Origin: a virus
Taxonomy: Duplodnaviria > Caudoviricetes
IMG/VR virus record: IMGVR_UViG_3300043640_000359
Coordinates: 1-59,537 of that record
Direction: 5' to 3' (one strand)
DNA: 59,537 nucleotides
The notes under the pieces are model-generated. The model was not told the origin of the DNA, ran no database searches, and was given only the letters and a program-made list of their open reading frames with translations. The position numbers and the translations under genes were made by a program. This document shows, in pieces, positions 36,187-46,268 of this stretch. The stretch's first letter is position 1; every line of letters begins with the position of its first letter.

Positions 36187-38457
36187 TCACGCGTAGAATA
36201 CACGAGTGTTGATACCGAGCTCTCGAGAGCCGGCCTGTCCCAGGATCCAGAAGTTCTGGGTGGGAGCCGGGACTGTCCGCATCCAGAGTGTCGCTTCCCC
36301 ACCGACGCCGACTTCGATGCGGAGCGCGTTGACCAACATTTGCGAGACGAGATTGGCAATCGGTACGGACACGCGGTAGCTCACGTCAAGTTCCAGTGCG
36401 GACTCTGGCGTGAGTGGATCGTTGAGCGAGATCAGCAGACCACGTGCACGGGTCGTGGTGGACTGTGCCGTCACCAGGATGAGGTCGCCCACACCCTGAG
36501 CGATGTTCGCGTTGTCCTGATACGGCATGTCGAGCGACACACTGTTCGCACCGTCCGACGCCACAGCCGCGATATCCTCGCTCTTCATGGTCTGCGTGCG
36601 GAAGTCGTAGATGCCCTTGCCGCGAATCTGGAGCTTGGTGATCCACGCCGCAGACGTCGAGGAGTTCGTCACTGTGAGCTCGACGTTGTTGGCACCTTTG
36701 TTTGCCACGATCGCTAGGAAGGCCGTCAGGTTGGTTCCGGTCCCGTCGGCCTTGGTGTTCATCGTATAGTCGGTCGTGGGGACCGGTGTCACGACTTCTG
36801 CACCTCCGATACGCGCGACCTTCGTCGGTGCGCTGTCGGCACGGTAGGGACCCTGGAAGGTGAAGGTCTCGCCGGGTCCAATGGGCAACGCCGCCACCAT
36901 CGCGTACAGCACGGTCGTCGCCACGGGGTCCGTGACCGGCGGATGCGCCGTGGTCAGGACACGGTTGATGGCGTTGCTGTTGATCTCGACAACCTCGATA
37001 TCCTTGTACGCCGTGAACGCGGTATCCACCGCCAAATGCGAGATGTAGCGTTGCCCACGCGGCTCTTGCACCACGATGCCCGATCGATTGGTGTATAGAT
37101 AACCACCATCCGTATTGACCGTGCGGACCGCCTCGTTCAGTGCCGTACGGTTTTCGTCCTGCGCGTTGTTGAACCCGTAGGCCACAATGTCCTGCGTAGG
37201 CGTGATCCGCATGCCCGGTGGGCTTGCACCGAGGAACGCCATCAGGTACGACGTCATGTCCGACGACCGTGGGTTGTACAACAACGGCAACGTCTCGACC
37301 GGCGAGCGGCCCATTTGATCCAGGAAATCGTAGGCCATCATGTTCGTCACCTGCTCGTCGAAGCCGAGCGTCGGTGAGATGACGCGCACACGTCCGTGGA
37401 ACTGTGTCTTGTAGGTGGACCCCACAGTGGAGGATAGGAACGAGATGCGACACGCCATCCCTTTGCGAAAGCCGCTCCGGCAGCTCGCGCTCGCGGGGTC
37501 GTAGTAACCGGCCGTCTTCGCGCTGTTCTGGTCGCTGTTGTCCAGGCCAAAGAGTCCCTGACCGGGTCCCGCGATATGCGCCGTGGGGCTGTCGTCGCGG
37601 ATACCACGCTCCACCACGCACGGGACGTTGTCGCGCACATCGGCGGATACGTCGGTCCAGAGGAGCGGCGGCATACGCAAGGCGATCTCTGCAGCCGTGA
37701 GCTCCACCGGGAACACGCCCAGGTGGTAATAGGTGAACGCGCCGAACTGCGCAGACGTCCAGTGCTTGCCGGCAAACACACCGTCCACCCACGTGAACGA
37801 AAACCGCGCCGGAGTACCGGACACCGCCAGCACACCGTTCACATACATCTTCACGGCGTCGGGTGAGGCACCCGAGCGTGTCAGTGCTACGTGGATCGTT
37901 TGACCGAGACCCGGCAGCACGACGCTCCCTACCGCTGAGCCGTTGTAGTAGGCGTAGAGCCGGCCGTCTGGGCGCAGTGAGATCCCGAAGCGTGCCGCGG
38001 CACCGGACCCCCACACCCAGGTCTCTGCTGCGGGCAACGAGTTCACCCGGAAGAGCGCCTCCAACGAGGCGGGTGTGATGCCGGGGTATGTGGCATTCAG
38101 ACCAAACGTGATGAACCAATCGTCCACACCGTCCAGTGTCACGCCACCGCCACCCTCGGGCAGCACACCAGCTTCGCCGAAGTAGGACGGGTCCGTTACC
38201 GGCGTCCCGGCGTTGCCTTCACCGAGGATGAGCGCTGCCGCGCTGATGATGTTGGACGGTGCCAGACCGCCGTTGAAGTTCGGCGACGGCTGTTGCCATA
38301 CAACCACCAGCGACGGTGTCGTTTGCGACGGTGAGAGGTTGATACTGAACGGCGACGCGACCATACGATACTGGTTTTGCGCCACGCTACTCGCGCTGAC
38401 ACGTTCCCAGTAACTTCCGCCGAGTCCCAGTTCAACTTTCGTGGTGAGGCGTCGCAT
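36187..38457 (-). CDS. Tail tip/hub protein with LamG (ConA-like) domain
   Basis: LDGVDD, HVALT, MYVNG and LTAAEI LamG motifs; follows the tape measure gene. Confidence 0.75.
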   Translation of the reverse strand: MRRLTTKVELGLGGSYWERVSASSVAQNQYRMVASPFSINLSPSQTTPSLVVVWQQPSPNFNGGLAPSNIISAAALILGEGNAGTPVTDPSYFGEAGVLPEGGGGVTLDGVDDWFITFGLNATYPGITPASLEALFRVNSLPAAETWVWGSGAAARFGISLRPDGRLYAYYNGSAVGSVVLPGLGQTIHVALTRSGASPDAVKMYVNGVLAVSGTPARFSFTWVDGVFAGKHWTSAQFGAFTYYHLGVFPVELTAAEIALRMPPLLWTDVSADVRDNVPCVVERGIRDDSPTAHIAGPGQGLFGLDNSDQNSAKTAGYYDPASASCRSGFRKGMACRISFLSSTVGSTYKTQFHGRVRVISPTLGFDEQVTNMMAYDFLDQMGRSPVETLPLLYNPRSSDMTSYLMAFLGASPPGMRITPTQDIVAYGFNNAQDENRTALNEAVRTVNTDGGYLYTNRSGIVVQEPRGQRYISHLAVDTAFTAYKDIEVVEINSNAINRVLTTAHPPVTDPVATTVLYAMVAALPIGPGETFTFQGPYRADSAPTKVARIGGAEVVTPVPTTDYTMNTKADGTGTNLTAFLAIVANKGANNVELTVTNSSTSAAWITKLQIRGKGIYDFRTQTMKSEDIAAVASDGANSVSLDMPYQDNANIAQGVGDLILVTAQSTTTRARGLLISLNDPLTPESALELDVSYRVSVPIANLVSQMLVNALRIEVGVGGEATLWMRTVPAPTQNFWILGQAGSRELGINTRVFYA

Positions 38458-41400
38458 TAGGCCGACACTCCGTTCGCATTGTAGCGCATGGCATTCGTCA
38501 AGCTATTGCGAATCTCAAACATGAACGACTTCATATCCTGGCGCAGCGCGGACACCTGACCTGACATGGCTTCCATGAAGTCCTTGCCGCCACCGGTGAA
38601 CTCGTCCATGCGGTCCAGCGGGATCAGCGCTTCCGCGCCACGCTCGCCGAAGATGCCCACGCTCGGCGAGAGCGCGATACCACCGCTTGCGTGCTCTGGG
38701 AGTTCCTCGGGAAGCGGCGTGCCGTCACCGTAGGTCTGCTGGAAGTACTCCTGCACCATGGCCTGGAGGAACTCCTCGAGTCGCGCGGCATTGATGGGAC
38801 CTCCCGTGTAACCGTAGGCCTGCGCCATGCGCTGGATCTCGGCTGTCGACGCATCGCGTCCGCCGTACTGGCGGAACACGGTGTTGATGCGCGCTACGGC
38901 CTGGTCCTGATTCAACATCTGCGGGCCACCCGGCTGGCCCGGTTGAATCGGATATCCCTCCCACGGGTTCTTGATATTCTTCAGATCCTCGATGCGTTTC
39001 TCTAGCACCTCGATCTGTTTCTTCAACTGCTCCTGCAACGCTTCGACGTACGTCTTCTGCGAGTCCAGCTCCGCGGCCATGGCGTCGCGACGCGCCTCGA
39101 GGATGCGTCCGAGCGGCGTGTCCGCACCGATCTCCTTGATGGAGGCGTCGTACGCCTTGAGCTCGTCCTCCATCTGCTTGATGTGGTCGTCGTCCTTGGT
39201 GCTGGACTGCAAGTCCTTCAGCTTCTTGAGTTCCGCCTCGGCCGAGTCGATCATGCCCTGAACAGCCGGCGAGATCGCTCCCTGCATCGTCAGCGGGATC
39301 TTCAGCGTGAACAGTGTGAGCTTCTTGGTCTTCTCGTCCAACAGGCCCATGCCGGTCAACAGCGCGTCGATGCCGTTGTACAGCTTGCCCATGGCAATGA
39401 CACCGTGCGACGCCAGATCACCGATCGCCGCGCTCGCCAGATAGGCGTGCTCGGTGAGGTCGATCATGCCGCCCGGTGAGTGACCGTAGGTGGCGCCGTA
39501 CACGGCGTTGTCCAGATTCTCCACCGCAGGTGTCGCCTTGTTGTTGAACTCGTCGGCGATCGTCCCCGCGGCGCGCTTGCCAGAACTCTCGAGACCGCTG
39601 AAGCCGCCTTGCACCGTACGAATGGCACCGGTCAACCCGTCGCGCACGCTCGCCGTGAGCTGTTGGACCGCTTCGATGACGCCATCGAAACCTTCCTTCA
39701 TCACGTCCTGATCGGTCTTCGCTTTGTGACCGAGCAGGTCGTGCTCGCGCGCCTGGTCGATCAACATCTGCGTGTTGTCGTCAATCTTCAAGCCGTACTG
39801 TTGCGCCAGCTCAATGATACTGTCCAGTGCCGGTGCCATCTGCTGCAACGCGTCACGGTGCGAACCGCCAGCCTTGGCGACCTCTGCTTGCACCCGTGTC
39901 ATCGTCTCGCCGAGCCGGCGCTGGACCGCGTCGAGCGTCTCCTGGGACACGGGACCGATGTTGCTCAGGGCGAGGGTGACCTCGTTGATACCCGCTGCGG
40001 CTTTGCCGGCAGCGGTCTCCGACACCCGTGCGCCCACGATGAGGGAGTTGAGTCCCTCGTCGGCCGTGAGGCCGAGTGTATCCTGCAGGGCAATGAGGTT
40101 TGCAATGGCGGGTTGAACCGCCTGCAACGCTTCGAAGTAGGACAGACCCGCGGCACGTGCGCTGTTGAACGCCGACAGCGCCAGGATGCCCATGTCGGTG
40201 AAGTCGTCACCGCTCTGTTGGGCCAGCGTGTTCATCTGGCCTTGCAGCTCGTTGACCTTCGCCTGTGCGGCGGCAATCTCCCCGGCCGCTTGCGATACAT
40301 CGTAGGGATCGCGGTCGTTGCCCTTGCCTGTGGCTTCGTTGGCACGCTCGCGTTCGGCATCGGTCAGCTTCTGGAGGTTGTCCTTTGCCTCCTTGAGCTT
40401 CTCCGCCATGGCCTGCGCATTGGTCACGGTATCCGCGAACATGTCCGACATGCCGCTGGCCGCACGACCGGTTTGCGCTTCCACGAAATCGTGGATGGCC
40501 TTGCTGCCGATGTTCATCTGCGCGTTCAGCCGGATGATCTCCGTGAACGCCGCGCTGGCGACATGACCGCTGTTGACCACCGTGTCGGCGAAGCTGGCAA
40601 AGTTCTCGTCGAGGATGTGTGCGGCCTGACCCGTGTTCAGCAAGCCGCGCTCGGTGAGGACGAACACATCGCGCAGTGGCCCCAGCAACTGCTGCATGTT
40701 ATCCGGCCGCACCCCACCCTGCTCCTTGATGACGTCCTTCAGGTTCCACGCGCGCGCAGCTTCCTCGACCCCGTCGAACAGGTTCTTGGCGTCTCCCTCG
40801 ATCTGCTTCGCCAGACCGAACGAGATGTCCGTGCCCCACTCCTCGCCGACCTTCTCCATCTCGCGGCGCGTCCCGCGGCCGCGGAAGATCCCGATCATAA
40901 TCCCGACGATGGCGCCGGCTGCGGCACCCCACACACCCGCCGCAGCGCCTGTGCTAGCGCCCGAGGACATCGCCATCGCGATGCCTGTACCAATCGCCGC
41001 GCCAGTCCCCGCACCCGTGAGTGCGCCGCCCAGCACGTTCTGGAGCCGGCTCTCGGTGCCGGTGGAGGCCATCATTCCAGAGATGCCGGCCACCATGGCG
41101 CTGGCGATGGACACCATGCCCGACGCCAGATTCTTCTTGACCCCACCCATGCCGAAGGACTGCTTGATCCCTTCGACGAACTGCGTGCCCGCTTGCACCC
41201 CGACATTGGCAAACGACACCATCGAACCGAGCGTCTTGGCAAGACCGCCGAAGGAACCACCGGCTACCTGCGCCAGATTCGAGAAGGCTGAGGCGAGATT
41301 CTGCAGTCCCTTCTGCCATGTGGTCGTTTCCTTGAGACGGTCCAAGAACATCTTGACCGCCTCCTCGGAAATGCCGAGGGACTTCGCAATCTCCTTCACG

Positions 41401-43820
41401 CTCCGGCCCATGTCGTTGCCGGCGATGATGTTCTTGCGCTGCTCCTCCGAGAGACCCTCCACTTCGCTCCGCACGGCACCAAGAATCTGCTGCATGGTGC
41501 CGGCGTCGGTAGTGAAGTTGGTGAAAGTGTCCTTGAGCTCGATCGTCTTGTCGTTGAGACGGTCGTTCTCCTCCCACATCTTCTTCATCTCGGCCGTGTG
41601 CTTTTGCACCGTGTCGAGATAGAGCTTCACCGCCTGCTCGGACACTTTGACGTTCTTCGCGATCTCGGCTTCACTATCACCGTAGGCCTTACCGGCTTCA
41701 ATCTCCGCACGCTTCGCCGCAGTGAGTTTGCTTACCTCGCTGCGGGTCGCCTGCATCATGTCGGTGTAGGTGCCGGCGGTCTTCGTGAAATTCTGGAACG
41801 TGTCCTCGAGATCGATGGTCTTCTTGCCGAGCTCCGCGGAGTCCTTCATGAAGTCGGCGCGCGCCTTCTTGCTCTTGTCCAGCGCGTCGACATAGAGCTT
41901 CACCGCAGCAGCACTGACCTTGACATTCTCCGCGACCTTCTCGTCGGTCAGGCCCATCGCGTGGCCGTCCGCGATGTTCTTCTTCTGCTCGGCGTTGAAG
42001 CCGGCCATCTCCTTCTTTGCTGCAGCGAAATCTGCGCTGAGACTGCCTGTGGCCTTGCCGGCAGCGCCTGCGGCCTTGGCCTGCTGACCGAGTGCGCCAC
42101 TCAAGTTGATGACGGTGCTCACCGCTACCTGACCGCCATCCACCATGCCACGCTGCCAGGCCTGTGCCATGGCGGCGGTAGCACCCTTGGCTTCGATCAT
42201 GCGGCCTTCGAGACCCGCCTGGTAGGAGTCCAACACCTTGACGGCTTCGGCGCTATCCTTCCACGTGATGTTCAGTTCATCAACGAGATACTTCAGGATC
42301 TTCGCCTGATCCGCCGTCTCCTTGAGGTACTTCGCATTGACGTTGTAGGCGTAGTTGGCCGCGGTCAGTATACCGACCGCTGCGGCCAGCGCGATGATCG
42401 GACCCGATAGCAGCGCGACGGCCGCTTCGGTGGCGTAGGCCGCGACGGTGATGCCGCGGAACGCGTTGACAACAGCCGGTGCGAGTGCAACGAAGTTCTT
42501 CCAGTTGCTCGCGATCAGCACAACGGTCTGTGCCATCTGTCCGCCGAAGTACAGCACGGGTCCGATGCCCGCGGCCACCAGACCGAGCCCCACGCTCGCC
42601 AGACGCAGCGGCTCCGGGAGCTTGGCCCACCCGTCGGCCATCCCCTTGACGATCGCCACAAGCGGTTCTGCCGCCGTGAGCGCGTCCTTCATCATCGGAA
42701 TCATCGCCGTGCCCAGCGTGATGCCGATCTCGTTGATGGTTTGCCGCGCGATCTTCAGCTGCGCATCGAGCGTCTCGCTCTTCTTGCGGTAGTCTTCCTG
42801 GAATTGACCGGTGTCCTGGAATCCCTTGCGCGCGTTCTCGATGCTTTCGTTGAAGAGGTTGCCGGCCGCGGTCGCATTGAGCAGCGCACGCTGCAGACGA
42901 ATATCTCGGAGCTCGAGACCGTCCAACGTACCGAAGATGTTCTCACCGCTGGCGTGCAGCTTTTGAAGACCCTGAATGAACGCGATGATGGCATCGGTGG
43001 CGTTCTCCTTGAACGATTTCGCGAACTGATCGCCCGACATGCCGGCCACGCGACCGAACTCATTCAGTTTCTTGCCACCCTCCGAAACGGAGTTGGCCAT
43101 CGAGAAGATGGTGCGCGAGATGGCACTACCGCCAGCCTCCGCCTCAATGCCAACCGATGCCAACGCGCCGGCGAAGCCAACCACATCGGCCGTGGACATC
43201 TTAACCACCGCCGCGGCACCGGTAAGGTTGCGCGCCATGGCCACAATCTCTGGTGCCGTGGACGCGCCGTTCTTCGCAACAAGGTTGATGCTGCTCGCGA
43301 GATTCTCGAACTGCTCCTGCGGCATCTTCATGACGTTGGCGATGCGCGCCATACCGTCCGCCGCGGCGTCACTCGTGAGCTCGGTGACCACCGCCATCTT
43401 CGCGATGGTGGCGGTGAAGCTCTCGATGTTCTCGGTCTTGATGCCCAGTGCGCCGGCCGCAGAGCCAATCTTGTTCAGCTCGGTGGTCGAGACCGGGATC
43501 TCCGTTGCTAGTTGGCGGAACCGAAGTGCGAGACTATCCAGCACCTTGTCGCTGCCTTCGACGGTGCGGCGCACGTCGGCGAAGGTGCTTTCGAATTCGA
43601 TGGCGGACTTGGCCGCCAGGCCCATCCCTGCGATGATGGGCAGCGTGAGACCGACCGACACTTTCCGTCCGAGTGATTCGGCATCCTTCCCCAAGCCGTC
43701 GAGATTCCCCATGATCTCGCCGCGCATGCGGAGGAAGTCCCTCCCCAGCTGCGCGCCGACGGCGCGAACAGAGACGGTCGCTTCTCCCAGTGAGCCTAGT
43801 GATCCCTGTTCGTCAGCCAT
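38457..43820 (-). CDS. Tail tape measure protein
   Basis: 1787 aa, Ala-rich helical; TP901-type N-terminal motifs. Confidence 0.95.
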   Translation of the reverse strand: MADEQGSLGSLGEATVSVRAVGAQLGRDFLRMRGEIMGNLDGLGKDAESLGRKVSVGLTLPIIAGMGLAAKSAIEFESTFADVRRTVEGSDKVLDSLALRFRQLATEIPVSTTELNKIGSAAGALGIKTENIESFTATIAKMAVVTELTSDAAADGMARIANVMKMPQEQFENLASSINLVAKNGASTAPEIVAMARNLTGAAAVVKMSTADVVGFAGALASVGIEAEAGGSAISRTIFSMANSVSEGGKKLNEFGRVAGMSGDQFAKSFKENATDAIIAFIQGLQKLHASGENIFGTLDGLELRDIRLQRALLNATAAGNLFNESIENARKGFQDTGQFQEDYRKKSETLDAQLKIARQTINEIGITLGTAMIPMMKDALTAAEPLVAIVKGMADGWAKLPEPLRLASVGLGLVAAGIGPVLYFGGQMAQTVVLIASNWKNFVALAPAVVNAFRGITVAAYATEAAVALLSGPIIALAAAVGILTAANYAYNVNAKYLKETADQAKILKYLVDELNITWKDSAEAVKVLDSYQAGLEGRMIEAKGATAAMAQAWQRGMVDGGQVAVSTVINLSGALGQQAKAAGAAGKATGSLSADFAAAKKEMAGFNAEQKKNIADGHAMGLTDEKVAENVKVSAAAVKLYVDALDKSKKARADFMKDSAELGKKTIDLEDTFQNFTKTAGTYTDMMQATRSEVSKLTAAKRAEIEAGKAYGDSEAEIAKNVKVSEQAVKLYLDTVQKHTAEMKKMWEENDRLNDKTIELKDTFTNFTTDAGTMQQILGAVRSEVEGLSEEQRKNIIAGNDMGRSVKEIAKSLGISEEAVKMFLDRLKETTTWQKGLQNLASAFSNLAQVAGGSFGGLAKTLGSMVSFANVGVQAGTQFVEGIKQSFGMGGVKKNLASGMVSIASAMVAGISGMMASTGTESRLQNVLGGALTGAGTGAAIGTGIAMAMSSGASTGAAAGVWGAAAGAIVGIMIGIFRGRGTRREMEKVGEEWGTDISFGLAKQIEGDAKNLFDGVEEAARAWNLKDVIKEQGGVRPDNMQQLLGPLRDVFVLTERGLLNTGQAAHILDENFASFADTVVNSGHVASAAFTEIIRLNAQMNIGSKAIHDFVEAQTGRAASGMSDMFADTVTNAQAMAEKLKEAKDNLQKLTDAERERANEATGKGNDRDPYDVSQAAGEIAAAQAKVNELQGQMNTLAQQSGDDFTDMGILALSAFNSARAAGLSYFEALQAVQPAIANLIALQDTLGLTADEGLNSLIVGARVSETAAGKAAAGINEVTLALSNIGPVSQETLDAVQRRLGETMTRVQAEVAKAGGSHRDALQQMAPALDSIIELAQQYGLKIDDNTQMLIDQAREHDLLGHKAKTDQDVMKEGFDGVIEAVQQLTASVRDGLTGAIRTVQGGFSGLESSGKRAAGTIADEFNNKATPAVENLDNAVYGATYGHSPGGMIDLTEHAYLASAAIGDLASHGVIAMGKLYNGIDALLTGMGLLDEKTKKLTLFTLKIPLTMQGAISPAVQGMIDSAEAELKKLKDLQSSTKDDDHIKQMEDELKAYDASIKEIGADTPLGRILEARRDAMAAELDSQKTYVEALQEQLKKQIEVLEKRIEDLKNIKNPWEGYPIQPGQPGGPQMLNQDQAVARINTVFRQYGGRDASTAEIQRMAQAYGYTGGPINAARLEEFLQAMVQEYFQQTYGDGTPLPEELPEHASGGIALSPSVGIFGERGAEALIPLDRMDEFTGGGKDFMEAMSGQVSALRQDMKSFMFEIRNSLTNAMRYNANGVSA

Positions 43821-43841
43821 CGGCGTACAACCCTACGTGTG

Positions 43842-44198
43842 CTACTTTTGCGTGATCATGCGAGCGACGCGTTCGTCATGCTCGCGTTTCAGACGCTCCT
43901 GGTCATCGACCGAGAGCTCCCGAGGTGGCGGGTTCAGCTCGCCGCGAAGCGAGGGTAGCCGTTTGGCTTTCGAGTAGCGCGCCGTGTTCCAGGCCTGCGC
44001 TATCGAGAGGACGCGTCGTGTCTCGAACTCCTGGTCGCGAACGTGTGCAGCCGCTCGCCCCAGTTCGTTCAACTCCCAAAACGTCACGTTCCAAAAAACG
44101 CGATCGTCCTGGACCCCATCGCACGCCGCGCGAAAGCGGAACTCCGCCCAGTCGTAAAACCCCTTCGAGTCTACGAGCGGGCGACCGGAGGGTTTTTC
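43842..44198 (-). CDS. Tail assembly chaperone, -1 frame extension
   Basis: Open -1 frame KPSGRPLVDSKGFYDW..FWNVTFWEL after the slippery site. Confidence 0.65.
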   Translation of the reverse strand, partial: EKPSGRPLVDSKGFYDWAEFRFRAACDGVQDDRVFWNVTFWELNELGRAAAHVRDQEFETRRVLSIAQAWNTARYSKAKRLPSLRGELNPPPRELSVDDQERLKREHDERVARMITQK

Positions 44199-44602
44199 TT
44201 ACCCTTCTTCTTGCCGGCCTTCGGCAGTGTCGCTCCATCAGCCGTGGTGTTCGGCTTCTTCTCTGGTGCGGGGAACGCGTCGCTCCACGCTTCGGTCATG
44301 GCCTTGATGACGGGCGAGTCCTTCTGGAAGAACAGGGGAACACCGCCCAGCTCGTCGATCATGTCGTCGACTTCCTCCTGAGTCCAGGGTTGGGGACGCA
44401 CCTTGAGTTTCAAGCGTGCGCCTTCCAACCCTGCCCAGATGGTGGTCGACATCTCGCCGATGCCGTACAGCTCCTTGAGCATACGGTACGTGATGGTCTG
44501 GAGCGACATGTTGAGCGTCTTCTCCAGCATCCGCATCGACGTGGTGGTGAACATGATGGGCGTCTGCTCGCCCTTGAAAACGAAGTAGTGAAGTCCGTGC
44601 AT
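44171..44602 (-). CDS. Tail assembly chaperone
   Basis: Lies between major tail and tape measure genes; slippery site near the 3' end. Confidence 0.75.
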   Translation of the reverse strand: MHGLHYFVFKGEQTPIMFTTTSMRMLEKTLNMSLQTITYRMLKELYGIGEMSTTIWAGLEGARLKLKVRPQPWTQEEVDDMIDELGGVPLFFQKDSPVIKAMTEAWSDAFPAPEKKPNTTADGATLPKAGKKKGKKNPPVARS

Positions 44603-44667
44603 GATTGGGTGCCTCCGACTCTAACGTTGTGGTGAAAGGGTGGTCTCGGTCTTCTGCTACCGACGAA

Positions 44668-45081
44668 CTACGACCACGCTCCCGTGACCTGCAGTTCGAC
44701 GCTCACCACGGCCGCGTCCTGATCGGGCGCACTCGTGGAGAAGTTCGTCACGACGCATCGGGCGCTCTCGAGCGGCCCACCGAACTCCTGACGCTGGGCG
44801 CGGACGTAGGTCCCGTCGCGCATGGCGTTGCGGAGCACGGTCTGCCCGGACGCGCTCGGCACGTACAGGTGCTCCAGCGACATCGTGCTGGTGTACCGGC
44901 CGGGACCGAACTTGCCCTTGCGGTCGTTCTTGCTCGAGAAGTCGATGGGTGCGGTCTGCTCTGCGAACGTCGCCCCACGCTGCGAACCGATCACGAGGTA
45001 CGTGCCGGACGCTGCGGGATTCTCGATCGAGATCAGGATGTCGGTTCCGTTCACTTCGGGGTCGTTGATATTCGGCGGCAT
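44668..45081 (-). CDS. Major tail tube protein
   Basis: NGTDIL..IDFSSK..VELQVTG, TP901-1-like. Confidence 0.8.
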   Translation of the reverse strand: MPPNINDPEVNGTDILISIENPAASGTYLVIGSQRGATFAEQTAPIDFSSKNDRKGKFGPGRYTSTMSLEHLYVPSASGQTVLRNAMRDGTYVRAQRQEFGGPLESARCVVTNFSTSAPDQDAAVVSVELQVTGAWS

Positions 45082-45097
45082 TGACTGTCTCCTCTAT

Positions 45098-45514
45098 TTA
45101 CGTGGCCTGCGCTACGAGCCGCACGGTGATCACGCGGCCGTAAACCGTGTCATCAGTGGGCGCGAGCATGGGACCTGCGCAACTGGCCACCAGCGTGCGC
45201 ATGTCGGCGATGGCGAGCTTATGGCGATGCAGCAGCCAGAAGATCTTCATCATGATGGCGTTGATCAGCTCTCGACTGCCCGACTTCTCCACATAGCAGA
45301 AGACATCGAACAGCATGTCGAATCCAACGGTGGTCTTGGTGTCGAACGGTCCCGACCCCACCGGACCCGTAATGTACACGTAGGGATACGGTACCGCTTC
45401 CGGTACCACATCCAACGTGATGATGGAGGGTGCCCCACCGTAGTCGCTCAGCAGCGCCGTGAGCGTGGCGTCGCTCTCCAGTCGCGCATGCAAGGCATCC
45501 AGTACGGTGTTCAT
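45098..45514 (-). CDS. Tail terminator (DUF3168-like)
   Basis: ALHARL..DVVPEAVPYPYV. Confidence 0.75.
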   Translation of the reverse strand: MNTVLDALHARLESDATLTALLSDYGGAPSIITLDVVPEAVPYPYVYITGPVGSGPFDTKTTVGFDMLFDVFCYVEKSGSRELINAIMMKIFWLLHRHKLAIADMRTLVASCAGPMLAPTDDTVYGRVITVRLVAQAT

Positions 45515-45945
45515 CCGCGCTCCTTCAGAATCTTCTGGATCGCCGCTTTGTTATTGGCGATCGCGGGCCGAATGAACGGCCGTGGCTTCTGGTTGAAGCG
45601 CCGGCCTTTGCGGTCCGTCCCCACGAACCCCAGTTCCAGCCGGCGCGCGTACTTCATGTTCACGCCCACATAGCCCACCACATCGCCGTTCTTGTCGACC
45701 GGCTCGGTGGCCACCACGCTGTCACGCAACCGACCGCTCACCCGCTTCGGCGGTTCACCCGGCAAGCTCGGGTTGTCGCCATCGGCGTTGCTCCGGTTGA
45801 TGGACTTCTGAATGACACCCTTGATGAAGAGCGTCGCGCGCCAGATACGTTTCTTCAACGCCTCGCGCGCGGCCGACTCCACCTGCTCGGGTGTCCACTT
45901 CGTGAGCGAGGCTCTCACGGCTTGCCTCGCTGCACTTGTTCGCAT
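45511..45945 (-). CDS. HK97 gp10-like neck protein
   Basis: SGRLRDS, YARRLELG and PRPFIRPA. Confidence 0.8.
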   Translation of the reverse strand: MRTSAARQAVRASLTKWTPEQVESAAREALKKRIWRATLFIKGVIQKSINRSNADGDNPSLPGEPPKRVSGRLRDSVVATEPVDKNGDVVGYVGVNMKYARRLELGFVGTDRKGRRFNQKPRPFIRPAIANNKAAIQKILKERG

Positions 45946-46268
45946 CGAATCCGCGTGTGGTGCCCGCGCACACTGGGCGACGTGTTGTCCTTCACCCGGT
46001 AGCGGCCCATGTCCATACCGAGCTCGTCGGTGGCGTCCACCACATCACCGATCGCGATGGCGAGCTCCGGCGGGAAGTAGATGTAGAACTCCGGCTGTGA
46101 TTGTGCCTGCGCACCCAGGAGCTTGTCGCCCATGCCCTGCGAGGTTGTACTCACACGGCAGGGTGTGGTGTAGATGGCCACGAGGTTTGTGGGCAACTGT
46201 CCACCCGCGGCCGCACCGGGACGGTTGCGCAGCACCACGCCCGTGTGGATGAGGAGGTCCTCGATCAT
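45915..46268 (-). CDS. Head closure/stopper protein
   Basis: Position and size; PCRV and IGDVV. Confidence 0.65.
   Translation of the reverse strand: MIEDLLIHTGVVLRNRPGAAAGGQLPTNLVAIYTTPCRVSTTSQGMGDKLLGAQAQSQPEFYIYFPPELAIAIGDVVDATDELGMDMGRYRVKDNTSPSVRGHHTRIRCEQVQRGKP

Noticed and set aside
36386-38119. 577-aa alternative-frame ORF
   Set aside because: Arg-rich off-frame reading of the tail tip gene.
39480-41291. 603-aa plus-strand ORF
   Set aside because: Antisense to the tape measure gene; no recognisable domain.
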